NCBI GenBank assembly: GCA_964016885.1
Contig: OZ024751.1
Coordinates: forward strand, 26,102,001 to 26,166,000
Direction: 5' to 3'
DNA length: 64,000 nucleotides
Source: Eledone cirrhosa
Taxonomy: Eukaryota
The first letter of the stretch is position 1. The number at the start of each line of letters is the position of its first letter. Below, in pieces: positions 50,849 through 63,319 of this stretch. Made by a program: the position numbers and the translations under genes. The notes under the pieces were generated by a model that was given only the letters and a program-made list of their open reading frames with translations, was not told the DNA's origin and did no database searches.

Positions 50849-53800
50849 TAGTAATAATAATAAATTTGAAGACTAAAATCCAAAGAGAGCTCGATAAGAA
50901 TAAATATATATCAAATATATAAGTTTGATATATATCAAATATATAGTTTCAGAAGATCCCGTTAAGGGTGAAAGCAGCGATTCTTTACTTAAACTTTAAT
51001 CTGTTATTTTAATAAATATATATGTATATATATATACGTATATGTATATAATCATCATGTTACGTCCGCTTTCCCCTGTGTTACAGTCCTTCATCTCCTA
51101 TAAGGTCAGCTCTCACCACCTCCGCCCATGTCTTCCTCTATTGCGTCTTCCTTCCGCTGGGATTATATATATATATATATATTTTATATTTTAGTTGAAG
51201 GCACTTCCAGAGAGTTCTTGGCGATCCCGTTTTCACAGAGAATGTTTGTACTGGGTCCACCCAAATCTTCCTTGGGTCAAACTATTTCCAAGGATCGTTC
51301 AGGAAAAGTAAGACTTGCAAAACTGGATTTCAGCCTTTGTTGTTGTTGATGATGTTTGTGTGTGTGTGTTAGATGTTAGTATTGTGTGTGTTAGATGTTA
51401 CTGTTGATGCTGTATTAAGGGCGGTGGATTGGCAGTAGGATCGGTAGAACGTCAGACACTATGCTTTGCGTTCTGAGTTCAAATCCTGCCTTGGTTAGCT
51501 TTGCTTAACATCCTTATGGGGTCTATAAAATAAAGTACCAGTAATGCACTGGGGTAATTGCTAGCCTTGTGATAAAAGTAGAAACAATTATTGATAATGT
51601 GTGTATGTGTTTGTATCAGTCATGGCAGTAGATGGTTAATATGTAGATATTAATTACCGAGCAAGTTATATTACTAAATTTCTTTGAATTATTTAAAAAT
51701 CTTAGGGAATGTATTTTTATTAGAAATACACTAAAACCTCAGTTCATGAACATAATTTGTTCCTGAAGACCGTCATATGAAATATTGAGAGAGACTATGT
51801 GAAAGACAGGTATCACCATTGTAACTAACTACACAGCAAGTGATGTGTTCCTGTTGATACTCCAAGCTTGTTGCTGGCTTGTGTGTTTGTTACTTGAAAC
51901 ACCTTTCGCCACCTGAGACATTTTATGTTTGGAAAAACTGTTCATGAACCAAGTTCCACTGTATAATAAAGACACTAACCATTAGACCATGTGCCTTCAC
52001 TGAATTAACTGTATGCTGTGATTTTTATAATTGAACCCATTCACACATACCAACACTCTGGATACTATTGCATGTGCTGGCTGTGTGATGGTTAACCCTT
52101 TAGCAGTTATATTACTCTATATATACTATTGTATTTAAGTGCTAAAGGCTATATCTCACATAATATCAAATCTGAGATTTTGATGTTTATTTTGAAAATA
52201 ATCTCTTAACATCAGTATGAGTGGCTGGTTACAGCCAGTTTGAACAGAAAGAGGTGAGAGAATTCTGGCCAGATACGTCTGGTTTAAATGCTGAAGGATT
52301 AATTAAACTCTCATTAAATGTCTTCATCTATATTCTACTATTTATTTTAATTCCAGATCTTTAAGCAGCATCAACCTGGGAGATGAAGTGTATTCATCAC
52401 TGTTATCTGATTGGTTCGTATAATCTATTTCTCACATCTAATTGGTTGTTGACTCAGCCAATTGTAGAGCAGTAGAGTATTGTAACTAAGTGGATTATAC
52501 TTCTTATTTACCTCTAGGTTTTCTGTTTAACCCTTCAGCATTTAAACCAGCCGTATCTGGCCAGAATTCTCTCACCTCTTTCTGCTCAAACCAGCCATAA
52601 CTAACTGCTCATACTTATGTCGAGGTATTGTTCTCAAAATAAATATCAAAATCTCGTAGATTTGACATTATTTGAGATAAATTGTTCACCATGAAAATAC
52701 AATAGTAAATATAATGTAAATGCTAAAGGATTAAATTATAATGGGGGTAAGTTGGTCAGCTTTGATTTCTGACTATATTTCTAATGAAAAACACTCTATT
52801 TCAATTAATTAATGAAGAATTTTGAAGGATTTACTAAAATTATTTCATTACTAAGACAATAACTTAACATATGGGTCTTAGATAAAATTGTTGGAATATT
52901 TTAATTTCAATAAGAACCCTTTAAAATGAGTGGTTTTGTTTCATAGACCCAGGGCCACCTTTGGGTTGATATCAAGAAAACTAAACCTTTTAGTTACCAT
53001 ATTTCTTATGAAAACGTATTATTTTCAAATCATTTTGAAAATAATCAAATTTAATAATATAAGTAATTTTCTCGTTCTTAAGTTGATGTTTGGAACATAA
53101 CTTATCAAAGGTTTTTACATATATAGAATTATGATGGAAGTATTTTAGATAAATATAAACACTTTAAAATATTATTGTAAGACTAGGGGTGGTTTCATCC
53201 AGTGTTCATTCAAAAGTTTCTTTATTCTTCATTTGTTTTTTTTGTTTTTTTCTTTATCATCCAGGTCAGAAAGTTTCCTGTCAGCATTCAGTCAATTAAG
53301 GTCTGGGTACAGCCCCTATATATATGTGTGTACCCACCAGTTTACTGTGCTCTTCAAGAGGGAGAAGGCTTCAAAAAGTCACTCAACCCTTTTGGCAGTA
53401 CTTACCCCCACCACACGAGGCATCAGAGAAGCCCTCCTAAAAGAAGGTGTGTTTAATAGTTCACATCCCCTATATAATAAATAGTCAAAGTATATAGTAC
53501 TGGTGCCATGATAATACACCCAGTACACTCTGTAAAGTGTATGAGTGTACGTAAGCAAGATGCAGTCCCTGGTCTGTTTATCTGAGGACAGTAACATCGA
53601 TTGAGTGCTGACTTGGTCTGAGATGACCCATTCAATGTCTGGTACCATGGAAAGGTGTACATTAACCTTTTAGTATTTAAATTACTCTATATTTACTATT
53701 ATATTTTCATGGTAAACACTTTATCTTACATAATTATCTCACATAATATCGAATCTATGTGATTTTGATGTAATTTATTTTGAGAACAATACCTTAATGT

Positions 53801-56800
53801 CAGTATGAAGGGCCAGTTTGAACAGAAAGAGGTAAGAGAATTTTGTCCAGTTTAAATGCTAAAGGGTTAAATGATGATTGTGTGTCTATGAATAGGCACA
53901 CCATGCTCCTGTGTGCCATAAGACAACTAAAAGTGCTGGCACCACAAAGAACAGCTAGCTGTAAAACATTTCCTTAAAAAGCAGAGTTGAATCCTATCCT
54001 GGGGGCTGCAAGGAAAATGGTCTTATATGCTCATGTGTATGTGTATATAGGTTGACTGCCAAAAAGGATCAAGAGAACTTTTCCAGTGTCAAGGTCACAG
54101 CCGCCTCCCTACTGCTCATCTACACCATATAATGCACCCAGTATGCTCTGTAAAGTGCTTGGTGGTGGGAAGATCATCCAGCTATAGAAAGCCTGCTAAA
54201 CAAAGGGTGTGTCAAAAACATGACAACCTCCCTACCATGATAAATTGCACTTGGTGCACTCTAGAGTGCAGGAAACTATGTTAGCGAGAAGTGGGCCCCC
54301 AGCCCCTCTGAGAGGCTCTGATTAAGTACTGACTTTTGCAAGTAGGAGAAAAATGGACATTAAATAGTGGTAATGATAAATACACATATATCATCATCAT
54401 ACGTCTATTTCCCATGCTTGCTTGTGTTAGACAGGTTGTCTTGCTCATACAGAACTGTTTCTAGCTTGGTTTCAACAGCTGGATGCTCTTCCTAATGCCA
54501 ACACATTACAGCATGGACTGGGTGTTTTTTGTTGTCACCAGCACAACCACCTTTACTGGGTGCTTGTGTATATTTTTTCTTTTTTTTTTTTTTTAATTTT
54601 GAGTTGTTTTATTTTATATATCTTTTCACTACCAGGGATCCAATTCAAGATGCCATTTAATCCAAAACACTCGGAACGGCTATCCTTAGAATCCAATGAC
54701 TCTGGTAATGGAAGCCAAAAATCTAAAAATTCCAGGTGAGGAATTGAACATAATGGGCTCAACATCTGAAATAGAGGCAAAGAAATGGGTGGAATTGTGT
54801 AGCATTCTTTCCTTTCTGCTGACCAATTAGTAACTTAACCCTTTAGCATTTAATCTGGCCATAACCAACTGCTCATACTTATGTTAAGGTATTGTTCTCA
54901 AAATAAATATCAAAATCTCATAGATTCAATATTATGTGAAATAAAATGTTCACTGAAAATACAATAGTAAATATAGAGTAATGTAAATGCTAAAGGATTA
55001 ACCCATTTCATACCAAACTGCTCATGGTTTTGTAACAAAGCTGTTTATTTTAAAGTGTTTATATTTATCTAACAACCTGCCATTGTTGTTTGACATCAGA
55101 ACCTATGTTTCAAATATCACATTAATAAGAACATTACTTATATTACTAACTTCCTTCAAATTCTTGATTATTTTCAAAAAGATTTCTAAATTATAGTTAA
55201 TCACTTATTAGAAATATGGTAATGAAAGTTTAGGCTTTCCTGAAAATTCACCATTTTCCTCAATACTTTACATCCAGTTTCCATTTTGCCATTAATTGGA
55301 CAGTTTATCACAATCCTAATTAGTTCTTATTTAACCCTTTATCACTTACATTACTCTATATATAATATTATATTTTCATGGTAAAGGCTTTACCTTACAT
55401 AATATCAAATTTATGAGAATTTGATATTATTTTAAGAACAATACCTTAACATCAGTATCAGTGGACAGTTTGAACAGAAAGAGGTGAGAAAATTCTAGCT
55501 GGATATGGCCAGTTTAAATGCTAAAGGGTTAAAGTTGTGTTGCATGTATATAGATCAGCGGTTCCCAACCTTTTATAATAAATTCCACCTTAATGATATA
55601 ACAAAACAGTATGGCCCTCCAAAAAATTAAAATTTTTGATATAATTTTTTTATGTAGAAATAATTTTGGCATGTCTTTTTATTTGTGAAGTAAAATCATA
55701 ATTAGAAAAGGTAGAAAGTTGATAAAAAGTTGAATATAAAAATTTGAAGCAAGAAAAAGAAAAAATTATGTTAGGAAACTACTCTCCTTTTTTATGTATA
55801 AAATTTTGTGATTTTTAGTTAATTCCTGTGGCTTCCCCAATAACTTGCTATGGCTCCCTGGTTGGGAACCAATGATATAGATAGATAGATATACACTGTG
55901 GGCATTCACACATTTTCTGTCTACCAAATTTTACTCACATGAACTCCTTAACCACACCACTATGCCTCTGCCTATATTTCATATAGTGATACCTGAACAC
56001 TGTTTATTTATTTCTCTCTTTTTTATCACCTAAAATCTGTTTTTTATTTGCAGCATCAGTTCACAGAATTCATTGAATGAAGAACAAGATTGCCGTGGTG
56101 ATGATGATGAACATGATGGTGAAGCTGATTTGTTTGAAGAGGAGGAAAGCACTAGCCTGACTTGCAACACGGAAGAGACACACTGCAAAAATTTACAGCC
56201 AAATAAACAAGTGGAAGGCGAGGAGTATGAAGAGGAGGAAGATGGTTTCACAGCAGACGAAGGTGCTGCTGTGTGGTTAGAAAGTATCGGGCTTGATAAG
56301 AAGAATTTCCCTTCTTTGAATCCCAATAAAGTTCGACTGTATCCTTTTCTTTTACGATGTGTGTGTGTGTGAATTTCATATATCTAAAGATATGTTATGT
56401 TTAATAAATAAACATTTTGAAAGCTTCGGCTATGAATAGAAGGCCAGCGCCATCTAGTGGAATCCAGCAGATGCAAGGGGGATAATTGTCTATGCATTTC
56501 AAACTTTAAGGGTTCTCGTCAGGACAGTGCTTCCCTCTGCCGACTGCTGGACTTTGAAGCAGATGTGATACCTTACAGAACTTCTTTCAACCCTCTGCAT
56601 TTTCAGCTAGCTTGTGATGACACTGGTGCCATGTATTGGCCCTTATTTCTCCCTTGAACTCATCTGTCTTGTGAATAAGGGAGACTTGTGTACATTGGTA
56701 ACTCCTGGTTTCCGCAGAAAATCTTGAGATTTTGATATTACTTATTTTGAGAACAATACCTTAACATCAGTATGAATATCCAGTTACAGCTGGTTTGAAC

Positions 56801-59160
56801 AGAAAGAGGTGAGAGAATTCATGCTGGATACGGCTGGTTTAAATGCTAAAAGGTTATTTGGGTTCAACCTCACAGTATGAACCCTTTGGAAAGTGTTTCA
56901 CTGAAACCTTGAGTTAACCAATGTCTTGTGGAATTACGTGACCATGTCTTGCTCATACAGAACTGTTTCCCAGTGGTGTGTTAGTCCTTGAGCAAGACAC
57001 TTCATTTCATATTGCTCCACTCAGCTGGCAAAAATGAGTTGTACCTTTAATTCGAAGGGCCAGCCCTGTCACGTTCGGTGTCACATTGAATCTCCCTGAG
57101 AACTACATTAAAGGGTACACATGTCTGTGGAATGCTTAGCCACGAGCAGGCTGTTCCATTGTGGGTTCAATTGGAACACTCTACACCGACGGAGTGCCAG
57201 TTTATATATATTTGTGTTACTTCTGCTTTCCCTTATTCGTTCAGCCCTAGCAAGGATAACAGACATTAAATATTAAATTTGTTGTATATCTGTTGCCATG
57301 TTTAATTTTCCTTAATAAAAAAAAATTCCAGTAATCGAGAAGGTTTCAAACATATAGATTGCCGGCCTGAATCTGTGATAGTCCTCGACAAAGATGTTGA
57401 TGTACAGGCCCTCTTTAATTTCCTCCTTAACTGGAGAGCTTGTATTGCAGCAGTTGGTCCACAACACGGCATACCTCCAACCATTTTATCATCAAACGGT
57501 TTCAAAGGTGGTGTCTTAAAATCACTGAAGGTAATTTCTGCAGTTTTTTTCTTGTTTTTCTTTAACCCTAGGTCCGCCTTTAGCAGCAATTCTATGGTCA
57601 AAGGTATAGGACTACACTGTCTTACGTATCCTCTCTATATGTGAAGTGGCTGTTATTTGTAATCTGTTGATAAATGTTTTAATGATGCAGTCTATGGTTT
57701 TGAAACCAAGAATGATGCGGTATCATCATCATTTAACGTCAATTTTCCACGCTAGCATGGGTTAGATGGTATTTAATAACTCAATTATTTGCTGCTGTTT
57801 GAAATATAACTTAAACGTTCTTAAAATTATGATGGAAGGTTATTTTTAGATAAATATAAACAATTTAAATATAGGGTAACAAAAGAGTTAAGTTAAAATT
57901 CCGTGTTTGCTTAGACTCAACGTAATATTGTGTGTGTGTATAATGTTGAAAAGATGTGTTTGTAGTTAGTAGATAGCAGTTAATCCAAGTATGGAAACCC
58001 ACACTTGCTACAAATGTCTTAACAATTTTCTTAACCTTTTTGATAACAATCTTGCCGTGGTTGTACGAAGTAAAACACCCATTTTAAAAGGCTCCTAATT
58101 AAATTTAAATCTAACATAATTTTATGTACGAAACCTTCAAGAAATAATTAATAATTTTAGTAAATCCTCCCAAAGTAATTCATTAATTAATTGAAATAGT
58201 GTTTGTTAGAAACACAATCATAAAAGGGTTAAATTAGAATCTTTCAACGTAATATTATATAAGAACCATTTGTTAAGTTTTATCTTCAACTAATTTTAGT
58301 CGCCACTTCCCTCCCCCCTCCCCCCAAAAAAACATTAGCCCTTTATTATTTACAGAGAGGTGAGAGAATTCTGGCAGGATACAACCGGTTAGATGCTAGT
58401 GGGTTAATTAATTTCATTAGAGATATAGTAACAAGCAAGTTAACCCTTTAGCATTTAAACCACCCATACCCAGCCAGAATTCTCTAGACCCTTTTCTGTT
58501 CAAACCTGCTGCTCATACCAATGTTAACCCTTTAGCATTTAAACCGGCCGTAACCGGCCAGAATTATCTCACCTCTTTCTGTTCAAACCGGCTGTAACTA
58601 GCCACTCATACTTATGTTAATATATTTGCAAAATAGATATCAAAATCTCATAGATTCGATATTATGTGAGATAAAGCCTTTACTGTGAAAATACAATAGT
58701 ATATATAGAGTAATGTGAAAATACAATAGTATATATAGAGTAATGTAAATGCTAAAGGGTTAAGGTATTCTCAAAATAAATATCAAAATCTCGTAGATTT
58801 GCTATTATGTGAGGTAAGACTTTTACTGTGAAAATATAAAGTAATGTAAATGCTAAAGAGTTAATACTCTCCCTTCCTTCTCTCCTCATTCAGGTGAAAC
58901 ACAGCTCAGCTTACCAGAAAGATAAACAGAAGATCAGTGTGATGGAGATGGTGGGACCTATCTTACCGACACATGTCCAAGGACTGGTGAAACTGATCCG
59001 GGAAATCCAAGAGGAGGACTTCACGTTATCTCTCCACACCCATGAACCAACGACAGCACTCAATGTCCAAACAGACATCTTACCTTCATCTCTGGGTTTG
59101 ACATTTAAACATTCCATAACAGACATAATCTGTACACCAGATGGTTTCACCTGGTCATGA
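44927..59160 (+). CDS. DONSON: Protein downstream neighbor of SON (DONSON) homolog, 10 coding exons, 611 aa
   Basis: Exons 44927-45238, 49239-49355, 49724-49927, 51195-51307, 52357-52413, 53265-53446, 54636-54735, 56054-56338, 57332-57530, 58894-59160 join in frame (1836 nt). Motifs recognisable as DONSON: SPTWKKPSDVMKLRRKK, KNPF, LPVDWSLK, YWVHPNLPWVKLFPR, SDWSESF, PYIYVCTHQFTVLF, PTTRGIREAL, DCRPESV, GIPPTILS, GPILP, HEPT. Confidence 0.93.
46180..47075. repeat. ~22-26-bp minisatellite (GTGTGTATGTAACTCAGTAGAT)n in DONSON intron
   Basis: Direct inspection. Confidence 0.95.
47229..47526. mobile_element. MITE-like element with ~55-bp TIRs
   Basis: CATTGGTGTTTTAGTTTTCAACAAATCTGACCTCAA... mirrored at 47472-47526; solo arm near 45933. 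Confidence 0.6.
49239..49355 (+). CDS. DONSON: DONSON coding exon 2
   Basis: ttacag|CTG AAG...AAT AAG|gttggc; 39 codons, low-conservation linker. Confidence 0.7.
49724..49927 (+). CDS. DONSON: DONSON coding exon 3
   Basis: ttgcag|...LPVDWSLKQKMRF...EEAEG...|gttagt. Confidence 0.88.
51195..51307 (+). CDS. DONSON: DONSON coding exon 4
   Basis: ttttag|LKALPESSWRSRFHRECLYWVHPNLPWVKLFPRIVQE|gtaaga. Confidence 0.9.
52357..52413 (+). CDS. DONSON: DONSON coding exon 5 (57 nt)
   Basis: ttccag|SLSSINLGDEVYSSLLSDW|gttcgt; phase 2-2. Confidence 0.82.
53265..53446 (+). CDS. DONSON: DONSON coding exon 6
   Basis: atccag|...PYIYVCTHQFTVLF...PTTRGIREALLKE|gtgtgt. Confidence 0.92.
54636..54735 (+). CDS. 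DONSON: DONSON coding exon 7
   Basis: taccag|GIQFKMPF...|gtgagg. Confidence 0.85.
55556..55874. mobile_element. hAT-type MITE with perfect 8-bp TSD
   Basis: ATATAGAT|CAGCGGTTCCCAACC...GGTTGGGAACCAATG|ATATAGAT. Confidence 0.85.
56054..56338 (+). CDS. DONSON: DONSON coding exon 8 (acidic region; ends at U12 donor)
   Basis: ttgcag|...AAVWLESIGLDKKNFPSLNPNKVRL|GTATCCTTTT. Confidence 0.88.
56339..57331 (+). other. U12-type (minor spliceosome) GT-AG intron of DONSON
   Basis: 5' site GTATCCTTTT; branch sequence TTCCTTAAT at 57308-57316; no polypyrimidine tract between branch site and CAG. Confidence 0.9.
57332..57530 (+). CDS. DONSON: DONSON coding exon 9
   Basis: ttccag|...HIDCRPESV...GPQHGIPPTILS...SLK|gtaatt. 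Confidence 0.92.
58894..59160 (+). CDS. DONSON: DONSON last coding exon
   Basis: attcag|VKHS...GPILP...HEPT...FTWS TGA, followed by further in-frame TGA repeats. Confidence 0.9.
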   Translation: MKHSSAYQKDKQKISVMEMVGPILPTHVQGLVKLIREIQEEDFTLSLHTHEPTTALNVQTDILPSSLGLTFKHSITDIICTPDGFTWS

Positions 59161-59892
59161 TGATGATGATGGTGATGGTGATTATATTATTTGTCTTGTT
59201 TTAATACAGATTTTTAATATCACTTATGTGAAAGCATTTTTTTTTTCTTTTTAATTATTTAAAATTTATTATTATAATTACTATTAGTAATAGAGCTGTG
59301 GATTTGACAGAATCATTAGAACATCTGAGAAAATTGTCTTGTGCTATTTAGTTATGGTCTTTCATATGTGTTAAGGTCCTGCGGCAGTTAACTTTGCCAT
59401 TCAGTAAAATGATATACCAGTTATATACTGGGGATTATAATCATTTAACACGTCCCACTAAATTTGTGATCTATGATTTTTTTTTCATCTTTTTACTTCT
59501 GTATTCAAATCCCATCAAAGTCAATTTTGCTTTTCATCCTTTCAAGGTCGATAAATCCAGGTACCTGTCACGAACTTGGGTTTATTTGACTAACCCCTCC
59601 CACCAAGTTTAGCCCTGTGCCTATGTTGTTCCTATTTGTTGCTGTGCTGATAAGCGTTTTGGCATTGATACACTGGTTGGATGCCCTTCCTAACACCAGC
59701 GCCACTTTACAGCATGGACTGGGTGCTTTTATTTGTGCCACCAGCACTAGAGAGGATGTCTTACTAGACTCAAGGGCCCTCTCTACCCCTCCATTTTACA
59801 GCATGGTCATAAAAAAACTTATTGACACGACACACTCACACACCAACACTCATTCATGCATACAAACACACACCACTCACAAACACACATAT

Positions 59893-61817
59893 TATCATCA
59901 TCATCATCGTTCGTCAACTACTGTCGAGATGATGGATCTCACTCTCATGCCCCAGAATCCCCTGTCCCCCATCGCTGCCCCCAGGTCCTGTCTACTGATT
60001 CCCGTATCCCTAGAGATAACGTCGGGGAATGACAGCCTCCTACTCCTAGTCAGGCTGGAGTCAGGGTTCCAGAGCAAGAGAGCGGATATGATTTCATTGC
60101 TGGCACGGTGACAGTGGCCAGCAAATTGAGCTCTCCGGGATTTTAGAAGGGCAGAGGCTCGAGGGAGTTTGCCATAGATTTTAGACAAGGTGGGATGTCG
60201 TTTCCAGGATAGGTTTTTCACTCTCATTAAGAGGCGGGTATATGTGCCATCCAATCTCCTCTCAAGTTGTGATGTTAGTGTCCAAGTTTCGGATCCATAA
60301 AGTAATATGGGCTTAATGGTTGCTTGGAATATTTCCAGTTTTAGCTTGTTGGTAAGTTGAGATGTCCATATGGCGTGCATGTCATTGCACGCTGACCATG
60401 CCATACCCTTCCTGGTTAGAAAATCTTTTTTGGAGGAGGAGATATATGAGCCAAGATACCTGTAATCTTCCACCTGCTTAAGGGTGGTACCATTAAGGGT
60501 TCTGATGGGGTAGTTTGGGCTGTTTGCGCATCTGTTCATATACTCAGTCTTGGATTCGTTGAGGTACAGTCCAACACAGTTGGACGCTTGCTCTAATGAC
60601 TTCAAAAGACTCTCAGCATTTTCCAGTGACCGACTGATCAATGCGATGTCGTCAGCAAAGTCGGTGTCGGCCAAGTATTTTGCTGGGTAGCATGAGCTTC
60701 TCCTAGGCTGATGTCAGAAGTTGAGAGGGATTGAAATCTGTTATAGACTTGAAGCGTGAAGCTATTGGATAGTTGTTTGTTGGAAGAAACGGCTTTCCAG
60801 TCTATTCTTTTCATGGGATGAGATTCGGCCCTCTTGGATATCCTGAGACTAAGTTTGATTGTTGCCGAGATGACTCAATGATCTGAGCCAACAGAGCTAA
60901 AGGAGGAATAAGATCTAGAATCTTTGATTGAGTTTCTCCATTTCTTGCGAAATATCAAATAGTCAATTTGAGCTCGTTTTTGGTTTGGGTATTCGAAGGT
61001 CCAAAGCTGGCCCCTGGTCTTCATGAAGCTGTTGTTTGAGCTGAATAGACTGAATTCCTCCATGAAGTCCTTGAGATATTCCCCGTTTCAGTTAACAGCC
61101 CTATTGTATGTGAACCTTACTTCATCCGGACCAAGTTGAGGAGCGTTGAGGTCTCCAGCGATGATAAGAAAGTTGTGTAAGGGTACTTGCTCAACTGTGC
61201 GAAGGGTCGTGTAGAATCCTCAGGAGAGGCGTTATGAGGACTGTATACACATATCGCAGTGGTTCTAGGATTGCCCTCTAGTGTAAGCACCAAGATTCTG
61301 GGAGAGATTGTTTCAATCCCCAGAAGATTATTGCTGGCTTTAGATGAGAGAAGGCAGCCGACTCCTCCGACGGAGGCATTGACAGGGTTCTTGGTGGCTG
61401 AAGAGGTGACAAGTTGGTAGGATCCTAGGGTGTGATACTTGAGATCATCCTTTGGGTGGAAAAAGTGGTGTTCTTGGACCGCAAGGATGTCAATGTTCTG
61501 AAGTTTGGCATTCTCTGCCAGCTCCTGGAGTCTACCTGTTGGAAGGAGGGTTCTGGTGTTCAAGGAGCTAACTATTATTTGCTTTTTACAGCTAGCCAGG
61601 TGAGATTTGCTTGTTGTTTGGTTAGGACCTGATTCTTCTCCATCAGATGAACCCCGTCCCTTGAGATTTGAGGATTCATCATCATTCGATGCCTTTGTAG
61701 GTGCATTATGATCAGAAACAGGACCTGGGAAAGCAGGGGCTGGACCTATATCAACAGGTATACCATATAGTGTGGTTCCCTGAGGAACAGGAACCCTGGT
61801 GCAGTTAGTTGCGAAAT

Positions 61818-61820
<3 letters not shown>
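59893..61820 (-). mobile_element. RTE-type LINE with APE endonuclease joined to RT C-terminal half (internal deletion), (TGA)n tail
   Basis: SLNTRTL, DILAVQEH, GGVG, VYSPH, AQIDY, GSDH; DFADDIAL, YRYLGS, LLYGSETW, LDGTYTRLL; N-terminal RT motifs absent. Confidence 0.85.
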
Positions 61821-61866
<46 letters not shown>

Positions 61867-62070
61867 TTAAGGGTATTATTTATGGTTATGTATGTAATAA
61901 AACCTTTAATGGTAATATATCATATATACAAACCTCAAATAGTGAAAGATAGTCATTAATTACTATCCTATTACCAGTAAGATAAATAGCTCAATGTAAT
62001 AACATCAGTTGTTTTACAGAGCAGTTATATAGAGATTACAATAATCAAAGTTCAGTTTAAGTCATTTATT

Positions 62071-62117
62071 TGCTTACAATTGTTTCCTCCAAACCGAGGT
62101 TTGGATTCTTCGGAGCA
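62071..62117 (-). ncRNA. Hammerhead-like motif (same family as 13983), one core substitution
   Basis: TGCT-CCGAAGA-A-TCCAAACC(tc)GGTTTGGA-G-GAAA-CAATTG-TA-AGCA. Confidence 0.5.
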
Positions 62118-63319
62118 ACTATTTACTGATCTATAACATACTTGACCTCCTTTTCAACCCAAGAGACACATAAAACATATGCGCATATTGATCAACAGTG
62201 GGGTGACACTCATCAAATGATATAGCATGGCAATTTACATGTAAAGGTTACAGGATAAAAATAAAAGCAAGAATGGAAATAAAGATAAACATGAAGCGTT
62301 GGCAGTCTATGAAGATAAAGCAAGAGGAAAGCTTAGAGTAGTCAGTGCATGAAACAATCTCACGTGTAGCATGCACGCGTGTCTTATTTATACATGATTA
62401 GAGTGCGTCAGAATGATATTTGCAGGGTCAGGCAGTTGAAGCAGGCAATCGATCTTATTATGTGGGCTGAATTATTAAGTCATTTATTCTCATACATCTG
62501 TATGATATACGGTCTCGGATGCAGGGAAACACCAAAATATCAGAAACTTTCAACATACTATAAACCTTATTGTATCGTAGGCAAAGCCGTACCACTGTCT
62601 TCGCTCACACCACCACTCACATAATCCATGAGACGCAATATATAGAACACGTGTCTATCGTATAATTCGCGATGGTCCAGCATATAATCAAGTTATAAAC
62701 CGTATCCAGTCGGTTCTTAATTAATAGATCATGCTGTCCAGATTCCGGAAGTGTCTGAATGACTAAGGGGAGGTAACTAGCTAGTTATCTTAGTTAAATT
62801 ACTATCCTAAACTACATTAATGGTGATTCAAATACGTGCCTATCATATGAAGTTATAACTATATAACTTCTATATATATATATATATATATATTACCGGC
62901 AGTACTGATACAAATACAAAATCAAAATCAATATCATGTCAACTGTTGACCTTTCCCAGTCCAGTTCAGCTTGTATATAATAATAATAACTGTTTGCTTT
63001 ACGCTGGCAATGTTAGAAATTATTATTGTTATTGAAAACAAAAAATTGATAAAATCGTAAGTGAAAGTTGTCATTGTATAGATATTTTTTGGACTGTACC
63101 TGGTTCTACTTCCTTGACAAGTCCACCTACATTACACACCAGCCTCTTTGCTAATACCATGTCCAAATTGTTCAAACATTGCATTTAACAGTGGAGATCA
63201 GTCGTGAGCAAACGGGCCCATTTGGCTGTGGTAATAACGAAATACTGCTGAATTCTGGGGTGTGATTTGAGATAAATGAAATCTTGAAATTTACAAATTC
63301 CCATAGAACCCTCAGGGGC

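Noticed and set aside
59904-60674. 256-aa ORF as a host gene or active retroelement
   Set aside because: C-terminal half of a LINE RT; the element has an internal deletion and a frameshifted endonuclease.
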